Below, one piece after another: positions 1-8,720 of a stretch of 64,000 bases of DNA. The translations under genes were made by a program, and so were the position numbers. The notes below the pieces were generated by a model that ran no database searches, was not told the DNA's origin, and worked only from the letters and a program-made list of their open reading frames with translations. Position 1 is the first letter of the stretch; each line of letters begins with the position of its first letter. Source of the DNA: Prevotella sp. (GTDB lineage: Bacteria > Bacteroidota > Bacteroidia > Bacteroidales > Bacteroidaceae); assembly GCA_051875605.1 (NCBI GenBank), contig JBJEHA010000013.1, positions 3,648 to 67,647 of the forward strand, written 5' to 3'.

Positions 1-213
1 GCTCATCCATGCTATAAGGTGGCGTGGTACAGCGGAAGGCAGCGCATACCCATGCGCATCGACCGCAAGGCATTCAACTATATAAAGGTAGGGCCATATA
101 TCGCGCATCTTGGCAATCTCAATTCCACTACCACAAACCAGCGGCTCTATAAGCGGGCAGAAGACAATGCGTTCGTGGACATCACACAGCGATTCTGGAA
201 GACACGCTCATGA
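1..213 (+). CDS. 3' end of a gene truncated by the window edge (hypothetical protein)
   Basis: Frame is open from base 1 (AHPCYKVAWYSGR...) to TGA at 211-213, which overlaps the ATG of the next gene (ATGA coupling). Confidence 0.55.
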   Translation, partial: AHPCYKVAWYSGRQRIPMRIDRKAFNYIKVGPYIAHLGNLNSTTTNQRLYKRAEDNAFVDITQRFWKTRS

Positions 214-821
214 AGCAGCACACCGGTGACACGCCCAGAGTGGCCATCGTGGACAACAACACCTTATCGGCCATCGGACTGAGGCAAATGCTTCAGCATG
301 TGATGCCCATCATAGAGGTTGAGACCTTCGGTTCCATGACAGAACTGGAAGCCAACCATCCCGAACGGTTTGTCCACTATTTTGTGCAGATGAGCATTGT
401 CCTGTCCAACAGGGCCTTCTTCTCGGAAAGGAGAAACAAGACCATTGTCCTGACCACATCGGCCGACCCGGACAAGCATCCGGTTGAATTCCACAGCCTG
501 TGTACAGCCTTGCCGGAACAACAGCTCGTGCGTGCACTGCTCATGCTTGAACAACATGCTCACGGAACCGGAAAGAACCTGCCTCCCATGCCGCAGAAAA
601 CCCAGGACAAGCTGCTCACCGACCGTGAAATAGAAGTGCTCTCCCTATTGGTACAGGGCTATATCAACAAAAGCATTGCAGACCGGCTCAACATCAGCCT
701 GACGACTGTCATTACACACCGCAAGAACATCAGTGCAAAACTGCATACGAAAAGCATTGCCACCATGACAATCTACGCTGTGATGCACGGCTATGTGGAC
801 ATCAACCTGGTCAAGGGGTAG
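210..821 (+). CDS. LuxR-family transcriptional regulator (C-terminal HTH)
   Basis: C-terminal LTDREIEVLSLLVQGYINKSIADRLNISLTTVITHRKNI is a LuxR/GerE HTH; the N-terminus is a degenerate receiver-like region. Confidence 0.85.
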   Translation: MKQHTGDTPRVAIVDNNTLSAIGLRQMLQHVMPIIEVETFGSMTELEANHPERFVHYFVQMSIVLSNRAFFSERRNKTIVLTTSADPDKHPVEFHSLCTALPEQQLVRALLMLEQHAHGTGKNLPPMPQKTQDKLLTDREIEVLSLLVQGYINKSIADRLNISLTTVITHRKNISAKLHTKSIATMTIYAVMHGYVDINLVKG

Positions 822-898
822 GCACATGCTGTTCATACGAGGGGAAGTCCATGTACAGACAGGATTCTCCAGTTAAGGAAAAGATAAATTTCAACATC

Positions 899-3031
899 AT
901 GAAACGTTTTTTCATTTTATTCATTATGACGGTCGCCGTGCTGTCCGTATCAGCTGTTCCTGCCAAGCGCGGGGTATGGAAAAAGATTACGCTGGAAAAC
1001 GGTACAGCGCTTGATGCCCAGCTTCGAGGTGATGAATTTTCCCATTATTATGAGGACAAGGACGGAGTCTGCTACACAGAAAATGAAAGCGGACTGTTCA
1101 GCATGGCCAACATGGACGAGGTCATGGCCAAAGGCAATGGTCGTCGCGCACAAACCATGTCGTACCAGCAAAGGCTTGCAAGGAAAGCTGCACGGAACAG
1201 GACCTCTGCATATAACGGCCTGAAAAAAGGCCTGATCATACTGGTGGAGTTTGCGGACATGGCCTTTGCCGACGGTCATGACCGTGCCCTCTTCAATAAT
1301 ATTGCGAACAAGGAAAACTACACCTCCGATGAAGGGTTCATCGGAAGTGTGCGTGACTATTTCCTGGCACAGAGCAATGGTACTTTTGCCATAGATTTCG
1401 ACGTGGCCGGTCCTGTAGTCATGTCACAGAACTATGCCTACTATGGCAAGGACTACGGAGGGCTGGGAAATGACATGAGGCCAGGCGAAATGGTTGTGGA
1501 AGCGTGCCGGGCTGTCGATCAGGATGTGGACTTTTCCGCCTATGACTGGGACGGTGACGGCGAGGCAGACCAGGTCTTCGTGCTGTATGCCGGGCTTGGA
1601 CAGGCAGCTGGAGGAAGTGCTAACACGATATGGCCACACATGTGGGCACTGAGCGACCCGGACAACTACGGTTCGAGCATCACGCTCGACAACGTCGTGA
1701 TAGACATTTACGCCTGCAGTTCCGAACTGGCTGTCAGCGACTCCGGGCAGCAAGGCATTGCCGGTATAGGCACCATCTGCCATGAGTTCTCTCACTGCCT
1801 GGGCTTTCCTGACATGTACGACACCGTGGGCTATAATTTCGGCATGTTCACCTGGGACCTGATGGACTATGGCAGCTACAACGGCGACGGTTTCATCCCC
1901 TCTGGCTATACCTGCTATGAAAAGATGATGGCAGGATGGATTACTCCGACTGAACTGACAGAAAACACGTCGGTCAGCAATCTCAAGCCCTGTTCCGAAG
2001 GCGGAGAAGCCTATGTTATCTATAATGATAGCCATCGCGACGAGTTCTATCTGCTTGAAAACAGACAACAGACCGGATGGGATGCCGCACAGTATGGTAA
2101 CGGTCTGCTGATCATGCATGTAGATTACGATGCCACTGTATGGGAGGAAAATACGGTGAACAATGTCGCCAGCCGGCAGCGTTGCACGATATTCCATGCA
2201 GACAACTCGGACGGCGATGTGGATTATGCCGGATATATTGACGAGGACGATGTTGCCGGTGACCCCTACCCTTACGGTACAAACAATTCACTTACCAACA
2301 CGACCACACCTAAAGCCTTGCTCTACAATGCCAATACAGACGGGTCCATGCTGATGAACAAGGACATCACGGACATCACACGCCATGCCGACGGCACCGT
2401 ATCGTTCTGCTTCAGTGTCAACGGAGGCGGTTCTGATGATGCAGATATCCAGTGGTATGAGAGCTTTGACAAGTGCAGCGGAAAGGGTGGCAATGATGGG
2501 CTGTGGTCGGGCTCCATCGCTTCCTCGTCTTTCACTCCCGACCTCCAGGGATGGACTTCCTCCACCGGTTCGTGCTATGGCGCCAACCAGTGTGCAAGGT
2601 TCGGTACTTCTTCCACTACAGGTATCATCCAGTCGCCACTGGTCACCGTCGATGGCGAGCTTACCATCACGTTCCTTGCTGCGCCCTGGAATGCGGAGAA
2701 CACTACGCTCCAGCTGCTCACACTCGATGACAATGCCGGGATAACCATCACCCCATCGGCCTTCGCACTTACACCCAAGGAATGGACATCCTGCACGGCC
2801 ACCATTTCTGGAAAAGGCTCCGTGAACCTGAAATTCGTGCCGTCAACCAACCGTTTCTTCCTTGACGAGGTGAAAGTCACGAAGCCTTCGGCTTCCGGCA
2901 TTGCACTTCCTGGCATGTCCGTCAAGACAGACTCGCATATCTATTCTGTCAGCGGACAGTACATGGGTACATCCGTCACGGCATTGCCTAAGGGCATATA
3001 CATCCGCGATGGAAGGAAGTTCGTGAAATAG
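899..3031 (+). CDS. Secreted M6-family (immune inhibitor A-like) metalloprotease with T9SS-type C-terminal tail
   Basis: Signal peptide MKRFFILFIMTVAVLSVSA (ATG at 899 preferred over 851); zinc motif CHEFSHCLGFPDMYD; Prevotella-type tail IYSVSGQY...KGIYIRDGRKFVK. Confidence 0.85.
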   Translation: MKRFFILFIMTVAVLSVSAVPAKRGVWKKITLENGTALDAQLRGDEFSHYYEDKDGVCYTENESGLFSMANMDEVMAKGNGRRAQTMSYQQRLARKAARNRTSAYNGLKKGLIILVEFADMAFADGHDRALFNNIANKENYTSDEGFIGSVRDYFLAQSNGTFAIDFDVAGPVVMSQNYAYYGKDYGGLGNDMRPGEMVVEACRAVDQDVDFSAYDWDGDGEADQVFVLYAGLGQAAGGSANTIWPHMWALSDPDNYGSSITLDNVVIDIYACSSELAVSDSGQQGIAGIGTICHEFSHCLGFPDMYDTVGYNFGMFTWDLMDYGSYNGDGFIPSGYTCYEKMMAGWITPTELTENTSVSNLKPCSEGGEAYVIYNDSHRDEFYLLENRQQTGWDAAQYGNGLLIMHVDYDATVWEENTVNNVASRQRCTIFHADNSDGDVDYAGYIDEDDVAGDPYPYGTNNSLTNTTTPKALLYNANTDGSMLMNKDITDITRHADGTVSFCFSVNGGGSDDADIQWYESFDKCSGKGGNDGLWSGSIASSSFTPDLQGWTSSTGSCYGANQCARFGTSSTTGIIQSPLVTVDGELTITFLAAPWNAENTTLQLLTLDDNAGITITPSAFALTPKEWTSCTATISGKGSVNLKFVPSTNRFFLDEVKVTKPSASGIALPGMSVKTDSHIYSVSGQYMGTSVTALPKGIYIRDGRKFVK

Positions 3032-3036
3032 AACGC

Positions 3037-3112
3037 AAAAACGGCATCCTCCTTGGATGCCGATGACAGGCGTTTCCGTTGCACACGCGGTGTGGAATGG
3101 AAACGCTTTTTT
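3037..3112. terminator. Pair of intrinsic terminators between convergent genes
   Basis: CGGCATCC/GGATGCCG stem (3042-3062) preceded by A5 (U-tract on the minus strand), and GCGTTTCC/GGAAACGC stem (3070-3106) followed by T6. Confidence 0.7.
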
Positions 3113-3137
3113 ATTATGCAGCTGCCGGAACGTCCTG

Positions 3138-3332
3138 TCAGGAATCCAGCAGCTTCTTGATTTCCTTTTCGGTTTTCGTGAGTTTATCCTTGCATTGCCT
3201 GATGAGCGACTTGGCTGTCTTCAGCTGTTCACTAAGCGAGTCCACGTCCATCTCGCCGCTCTCCATGCTCTTCACGATTTCCTCCAGTTGCCTTACGGCT
3301 TCCTCGTATTTGAATTCCTTGTTTGCTGCCAT
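3138..3332 (-). CDS. xseB: Exodeoxyribonuclease VII small subunit
   Basis: 64 aa; YEEAVRQLEEIVKSMESGEMDVDSL pattern; directly downstream of xseA. Confidence 0.9.
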   Translation of the reverse strand: MAANKEFKYEEAVRQLEEIVKSMESGEMDVDSLSEQLKTAKSLIRQCKDKLTKTEKEIKKLLDS

Positions 3333-3340
3333 ATCTTTGT

Positions 3341-4636
3341 CTATTCTATGATTGATGCTATCTTTCCATTGTCCAGCACTGTCTCTATCCTGTCACCCGA
3401 CTTCAGCTGCCTGATGTCCTTCACCACACGCCCTTTATGCAGGGTAATGCTATATCCTTTGCTGAGCAGCAGTGCGGGATCCACCGTCTTCATGCGCTGT
3501 TCCAGAAGATCCAGTCTGTGGGTTTCCTTCACCATCCTGCTCGTCACCGCCTGTCCCAGCCTGTTCTCCAGCATATCCAGCAACCGGATGCCATTGGCTG
3601 TATATTCCCGCAGTCCATTGGCCATTCTCATGAACAAGGCCTCTGCCTGAGCCGACTTGCGTGCCAGCAGCAACGATGTCTGGAGCGGAATCGCCTCAAC
3701 TGTCCGGTTCAGACGTAAAATTTCATATTCCATGCGTTGCCGTATCATCTTTCCCATCCGTTCCTGCATGTCGCAGATATAGCGGTCGGTCTCCGCCAGA
3801 TGTTCTATGAGGAAGGCTGCGGCGGCCGTAGGTGTCTTCACGCGTTTGAAGCTGACCATGTCCAGAACCGTATCATCACGCTCGTGCCCTATTCCCGTGA
3901 TGATGGGCAGCGGGAAGTTGGCCACATTCTCCGCCAGGGCCAGCGTATCAAATCCGGACAGGTCGCTGGTGGCTCCTCCGCCACGGATGATGACCACTAC
4001 ATCAAAGTCATCCAACTGCCGGTTGATGGCCTCCAGGGCTTCGATAACGGTCTGTTCCACGCGCTCTCCCTGGAGCACGGCGGGGAACAGGCTCACCCGA
4101 AAGGCATAACCCTGCGTGTTCCTTGCCAGCTGGTCGCAGAAGTCGCCATAGCCCGCTGCACCCTCATTGGAAATGACAGCCACATGCTGGGCGAAAAGCG
4201 GAAGGGAGAGCCCACGCTGCATGTCGAACACACCTTCGGCTTTCAGACGTTCGATAATCTCATGGCGACGGCGCATCATCTCACCCATGGTGAACTGCGG
4301 GTTGATGTCGCTCACAATCCATGAGAAACCGTATGCCTCATGAAACTGTGCATAGACCTTTAACAGCACCTTCAGGCCCGGACGCAGCTGCTGTCCTGTC
4401 ACCATTTCAAATTTAGGCCTTATGTATTGCCACACGTTCCGCCAGCACTTGGCCGAAGCGCGCGCCACAGGAGTGTTGCCCGAGGCATCTTTCTGTACCA
4501 GTTCCATGTAGCAATGGCCACGGACCTCCCTCAGTTCAGACAGTTCAGCCTCTACCCAATATTCATCAGGCAGCACGGTGGCAATGGCTTCAGCCACCAG
4601 CTGGTTCAGCTCGAGGAGTGTCAAAGTGGCAGACAT
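3341..4636 (-). CDS. xseA: Exodeoxyribonuclease VII large subunit
   Basis: OB-fold start (WVEAELSEL...GHCYMEL), IIRGGGATSDLSGFD, TGIGHERDDTVLD, KTPTAAA motifs; ATG at 4636 lies downstream of a TAnnTTTG box. Confidence 0.93.
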   Translation of the reverse strand: MSATLTLLELNQLVAEAIATVLPDEYWVEAELSELREVRGHCYMELVQKDASGNTPVARASAKCWRNVWQYIRPKFEMVTGQQLRPGLKVLLKVYAQFHEAYGFSWIVSDINPQFTMGEMMRRRHEIIERLKAEGVFDMQRGLSLPLFAQHVAVISNEGAAGYGDFCDQLARNTQGYAFRVSLFPAVLQGERVEQTVIEALEAINRQLDDFDVVVIIRGGGATSDLSGFDTLALAENVANFPLPIITGIGHERDDTVLDMVSFKRVKTPTAAAAFLIEHLAETDRYICDMQERMGKMIRQRMEYEILRLNRTVEAIPLQTSLLLARKSAQAEALFMRMANGLREYTANGIRLLDMLENRLGQAVTSRMVKETHRLDLLEQRMKTVDPALLLSKGYSITLHKGRVVKDIRQLKSGDRIETVLDNGKIASIIE

Positions 4637-4660
4637 GGCGTTTTCTGTAAACATTTGATG

Positions 4661-4668
4661 CAAATTTA
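4661..4668 (-). promoter_or_regulatory. Bacteroidetes sigma-A -7 box for xseAB
   Basis: Reverse complement TAAATTTG(CA) matches TAnnTTTG, about 25 nt upstream of the ATG. Confidence 0.6.
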
Positions 4669-4737
4669 CAAAAAATCATGGATAATATGCTGGAACAGGA
4701 CGAAAAATATACAGGAATCAGAATGGATTGATTTTGA

Positions 4738-5279
4738 CAAATTGTCAGAATTTTGTATATTTTCGTGACACTTTGATTTTTTGGCCATTTATGGATAATC
4801 ATGCGAGAGTGGAATTTTGTGCACCAGCGGAATTTTTGGGTTCCGGAGAGCTGTTTTGTAAACCATTGATAATCAATGGAATAAGTTTTTACATCCGGAA
4901 AGTGTTAACAAAAATCACCCGATTTTAACCTAAAATCCGTTAAATTCGTGCACAAAACAGCCAGTTTGTGCAGTTTTCAGTCCCCTTTTTTCGCACTTTT
5001 GGCCGGAAAATTGCGGTTTTGGGGTAGAAAAACCTGAGTTTTTGCCCCGAAACAGTTAAGTTTTTCCTCAAAAACACTTAAGTGCCGGATCGAAAATAGT
5101 TAACTAATTTTCTGGAAACAGTTAAGTGTTTCCCCCCTAACACTTAACTAATTTTTCCGTTTTGTGCAAAAAACCGACAATTCACACTTATTAACATGAA
5201 AACCAACCTAAAACCACCTGTTTTTCAAGACCACAAAAAATCAAAGTGTCACGAAAAAGCCAGTTTTCGTGACACTTTG
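4738..5279 (+). repeat. 542-bp dispersed intergenic element, copy 1
   Basis: End modules at 4738-4775 and 5242-5279; TTAA boxes at 5056/5078/5100/5122/5144; colinear with five other copies. Confidence 0.95.
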
Positions 5280-5339
5280 ATTTTAGGTAAACCATTCTCC
5301 TGTGCTTCATTCAGCAGGCTCATGCCGTTCCTGCACAGG

Positions 5340-6257
5340 TCAATATACACGCAGGGTATCGCCCACCCGTATCTGATAATAAGGTTCAAGATGATTTTTC
5401 TTGTACAGGCTTTTCAGTCGCATACCGTAACGTTGCGCGATGGAGTACATGCTTTCGCCTTCCTTGACCACATGTGGCCGTTTCTTGAACGCCTTGTCGG
5501 CCTTGCTACGCTTCTTTTTCAGATATACCACTTCGCCCTCGTTGAGTACATCCTTCCTGTTGCGTTCGTTGTAGCGTGCAATCTTCCGGTAGGATATGCC
5601 CACCTCCTTGCCGATGGAGCGGAACGTATCACCTTTGCGTGCTACGAGATAATAGTTGTCGTTGTAGCGGTAGATGGAATGCAACGTCTGTCCCTTGGCC
5701 GGCGTGTCGGTAGAAGAGTGATGGGCCAGGAATTTGTCATAGCTGGTTGCCCTGTCGTATTTCTGTAGCCCGTAGAGTTCAATGATTTCGATGAGCTTGT
5801 CGGCATAGCGCGGATTGGTGGCGTAACCACATCGCTTCAGCCCCACAGCCCACCCCTTGTAGTCGGTGCGTTTCAGGTTGAACAGCGAGGCATACCTGCC
5901 CGAAGTGGCCAGGAAGCGGCTATGGTCCTCATAGCTTTCCAGTACAGTATTGTATGCGCGGAAGCATTCCTGCCGTGCATCGTCGTCATGATAGGTCTTC
6001 CTGCCTGTCCACCCATGGCATTTTATGCCGAAGTGGTTATTGCCCTTCGTGGCCAGTTCACTTCTGCCAGCGGCACTCTCAAGCAGTCCCTGGGCCAGGG
6101 TTATGCTGGCGGGAATGTTATAGCGCAACATCTGTGAAATGGCAAGGTCCTTGTATTGGTCAATGTAGTTGAGATAAGCTGTATTCTGACGCAACTGCGC
6201 CTTTACGACGACTGTAGCCGTCAGGGTGAGCAGACAAAAAAGCAAACGTTTGATCAT
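5340..6257 (-). CDS. GH73 glucosaminidase with LysM domains (peptidoglycan hydrolase)
   Basis: Signal peptide; SITLAQGLLESAAG, NNHFGIKC and GYATNPRYA motifs; two C-terminal LysM-like repeats (ARKGDTFRSI, VKEGESMYSIAQRYG). Confidence 0.88.
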   Translation of the reverse strand: MIKRLLFCLLTLTATVVVKAQLRQNTAYLNYIDQYKDLAISQMLRYNIPASITLAQGLLESAAGRSELATKGNNHFGIKCHGWTGRKTYHDDDARQECFRAYNTVLESYEDHSRFLATSGRYASLFNLKRTDYKGWAVGLKRCGYATNPRYADKLIEIIELYGLQKYDRATSYDKFLAHHSSTDTPAKGQTLHSIYRYNDNYYLVARKGDTFRSIGKEVGISYRKIARYNERNRKDVLNEGEVVYLKKKRSKADKAFKKRPHVVKEGESMYSIAQRYGMRLKSLYKKNHLEPYYQIRVGDTLRVY

Positions 6258-6355
6258 CGCGTGATATTAAAAGAAACTTAAAAAATACAAAACGCAAAAA
6301 TACATATAATCAATCAAAAAACGCTAAAATAATGGGGGCATTTAAAATTAATTAG

Positions 6356-6363
6356 TAATTTTG
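6356..6363 (+). promoter_or_regulatory. -7 box upstream of folK
   Basis: TAATTTTG(CA) immediately before the GTG at 6368. Confidence 0.5.
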
Positions 6364-6367
6364 CAAT

Positions 6368-6751
6368 GTGACAGATAAGAAGAGAGTGGTCATAGCCCTC
6401 GGTTCCAACACCGATGCAGAAACGCACATGGAACAGGCCAAGCGACTTGTTTGCAATGGTTTCAGCCATGTCAGGTTCTCCTCTGCCGTATGGACAGAAG
6501 CCATCGGCATGGTGTCAGGCCCTTTCCTGAACTGCATGGCATCGGCGGAAACCGGAATGGATGTCCAGTCGGTGCTGCGGCTGCTGAAGGACATCGAGAC
6601 CCGATGTGGTGACAGGCAGTACCTCCGTGCGGAAAGCAAGGTGCTGATGGATGCCGACCTGCTGCTCTACGGATCGGAACGCCATCACAGGACCGATTGG
6701 GATCGCCCATACATAGGACAGCTCTACTCGGAATTATTGCAAAACAGATAA
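6368..6751 (+). CDS. folK: 2-amino-4-hydroxy-6-hydroxymethyldihydropteridine diphosphokinase (HPPK)
   Basis: IALGSN at the N-terminus, FLNC, and DADLLLYG motif. Confidence 0.8.
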   Translation: MTDKKRVVIALGSNTDAETHMEQAKRLVCNGFSHVRFSSAVWTEAIGMVSGPFLNCMASAETGMDVQSVLRLLKDIETRCGDRQYLRAESKVLMDADLLLYGSERHHRTDWDRPYIGQLYSELLQNR

Positions 6752-6759
6752 TCGTTTAT

Positions 6760-8031
6760 ATGTTCAGGTCTATCATTATTGCCGTGCTGGCTGGTCTTTC
6801 AGTCGGCACACATGCACAGGAATTTCACAAACACTTCAAGGACAGCACACTCAGAATTGACTATATCTTCGCCGGAAACACGGAACGGCAGGAGATTTCG
6901 CTCGACCGCATGCACACCATGCCCGGATGGTATGGGAAGCATGCACGGCTGGCAGAAGTGCCTGTAGAAGGCAACGGCCAGATTACCGTGCGCAGCCATC
7001 GTACCGGAGAGACCCTCTACCGCAACTCTTTTTCCACACTGTTCCAGGAATGGCTGTCCTATGACGAAGCCAAGACGGTCAGGAAATCGTTCGAGAATGT
7101 GTTCCTCGTACCTATGCCACGCGATACGGTGGACATCACTGTGGACCTGCGCAACAACCGCAGGGAAATCATGGCCAGCATGACCCACACCGTGGTACCT
7201 GGCGACATACTCATCAGGAAAACGGGGTTTGGCCGTACCACACCCTACTCCACTCTGCTGAAAGCAAAAGACCCGTCAAGGTGCATACACATCGCCTTCC
7301 TGGCTGAGGGCTATCAGGAGAGCGAGATGGAGATGTTTGAAAAGGATGCCTCCACAGCCATGGAGGCCATTTTCAGCCATGAGCCGTTCAAGTCCATGCG
7401 CGACAGGTTCAACGTCATAGCCGTGAAGTCGCCTTCGGAGGAGAGCGGAACCAGTGAACCTGCCAACGACATCTGGAAGAACACGGCACTGGGCAGTCAT
7501 TTCGACACGTTCTACAGCGACCGCTATCTGACCACACTCCATCTGAAGGACATGCACGACTGGTTGGCTGGTACGCCATACGAGCACATCATCGTGTTGG
7601 TGAATACCGGGAAATATGGCGGCGGAGGCATTCTCAACTCCTACAACCTCTCCATGACACATCATGAGAAATTCAAACCGGTGGTAGTACATGAGTTTGG
7701 ACACAGTTTTGCCGGATTGGGCGATGAATATGCCTACGAGGAGGAACTGATACCCATGTATCCGCATGACGTGGAGCCATGGGAAGCGAACCTGACCACG
7801 CTGGCAGATTTCCACGGAAAGTGGGAGACCATGATCGGAAAAGGCACTCCCATCCCTACCCCAGCCAATGGCGAAAAGGACAAGGTCGGGGTGTATGAAG
7901 GTGCAGGGTATAGTCCGAAGGGTGTGTACCGCGGTATGCAGGACTGCCGTATGCGCACCAACGAATACCCGGAGTTCTGTATGGTCTGTGAAAAGGCCTT
8001 ACGCAATCTCATAGACTTCTATACACGATAA
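6760..8031 (+). CDS. Peptidase M64 family (IgA peptidase-like)
   Basis: Signal peptide from ATG 6760; HEFGHSFAGLGDEY zinc motif; C-terminal CRMRTN...FCMVC. Confidence 0.85.
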   Translation: MFRSIIIAVLAGLSVGTHAQEFHKHFKDSTLRIDYIFAGNTERQEISLDRMHTMPGWYGKHARLAEVPVEGNGQITVRSHRTGETLYRNSFSTLFQEWLSYDEAKTVRKSFENVFLVPMPRDTVDITVDLRNNRREIMASMTHTVVPGDILIRKTGFGRTTPYSTLLKAKDPSRCIHIAFLAEGYQESEMEMFEKDASTAMEAIFSHEPFKSMRDRFNVIAVKSPSEESGTSEPANDIWKNTALGSHFDTFYSDRYLTTLHLKDMHDWLAGTPYEHIIVLVNTGKYGGGGILNSYNLSMTHHEKFKPVVVHEFGHSFAGLGDEYAYEEELIPMYPHDVEPWEANLTTLADFHGKWETMIGKGTPIPTPANGEKDKVGVYEGAGYSPKGVYRGMQDCRMRTNEYPEFCMVCEKALRNLIDFYTR

Positions 8032-8046
8032 AACAGGCTACAGCCG

Positions 8047-8649
8047 GTGAGTTACATGCAATTGTACGTGATTGCGCTGTTTGCCATGCTGTCAGAGTGG
8101 ACTTCGTCCTCAGCCATGGCACAGACCAGAAACGCAGACAGTGAACAGTTGTCCAAGGCCATCGAGTATTTCCAGAGTGGCAAGTACCATGAGGCCATGC
8201 TCATATTGCAGCCACTGGACAGCAGATATAAGCTCAATCCACGCTTCAGGGCTTATCTCGGCGTGTGCTGTTATTATGAATGGGACTATGAGAACGCGAC
8301 ACGATATCTGGACGAATCGCTTGGATATCTCGATGTTTTCGCTCCGCACGAACAGAGCATATACTATTACTGTGATGCCGAGAGCCATTTCCAGCTCGAA
8401 GCCTTCGAAAAAGCCATTCCACTGTATGAACGTGTGGTCAATGTGTGTTATGACAACGAAAAGGCTGACGTGTTCTTCAGGCTGGGATTCTGCTACATGT
8501 CCATGCGCCAATGGGAAACGGCACAGGAGTATTTCGAAAGTGCACAGGCCTACTATGTGCAGTTCGGCTGCCCAGACGATAAACTGCCAAGAATGGAGCA
8601 GCTGAAGAAAATGATTGCAGGATGTGCCCAATATCAAGGCAAAGACTGA
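8047..8649 (+). CDS. Tetratricopeptide-repeat protein, probably exported
   Basis: Helical repeats with TPR-like patterns (AESHFQLEAFEKAIPLY; FFRLGFCYMSMRQWETAQEYF). Confidence 0.7.
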   Translation: MSYMQLYVIALFAMLSEWTSSSAMAQTRNADSEQLSKAIEYFQSGKYHEAMLILQPLDSRYKLNPRFRAYLGVCCYYEWDYENATRYLDESLGYLDVFAPHEQSIYYYCDAESHFQLEAFEKAIPLYERVVNVCYDNEKADVFFRLGFCYMSMRQWETAQEYFESAQAYYVQFGCPDDKLPRMEQLKKMIAGCAQYQGKD

Positions 8650-8673
8650 CATTAAAGCGTATTGGCATGCAAA

Positions 8674-8689
8674 TGGCATGATGTTTGCT
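8674..8689 (+). promoter_or_regulatory. Putative sigma54 (-24/-12) promoter for clpC
   Basis: TGGCATG-ATGT-TTGCT versus consensus TGGCACG-N4-TTGCW (one mismatch), 31 nt before the clpC ATG. Confidence 0.5.
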
Positions 8690-8720
8690 GAATAAAACTA
8701 AACATTAATCAACTCATTTT

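Noticed and set aside
851-898. Longest-ORF starts for several genes (851, 4663, 6697, 16875, 28365, 32812, 43188, 47202, 53107, 59438, 60180)
   Set aside because: These extensions overlap promoters, the riboswitch or upstream genes; downstream ATGs give clean signal peptides or family N-termini.
4728-4928. Small ORFs inside the repeat (also 14194-14403, 59842-60075, 25953-26135, 36450-36695, 14702-15004, 5196 onward) that give similar peptides such as KCQ.F...TLIF.PF
   Set aside because: No shared start codon; the equivalent frame has premature stops in copies 2, 3 and 4; the similarity simply follows from gapless DNA conservation.
5053-5150. TTAA box array as a mini-CRISPR
   Set aside because: Units are 10 bp with 12-bp linkers that are conserved between copies rather than unique spacers; no cas genes are present.
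4738-5279. Element as a classic invertible sigma-A promoter
   Set aside because: A manual scan of copy 1 found no TAnnTTTG on either strand, and flanking genes have their own -7 boxes outside the element. Inversion itself is still possible.
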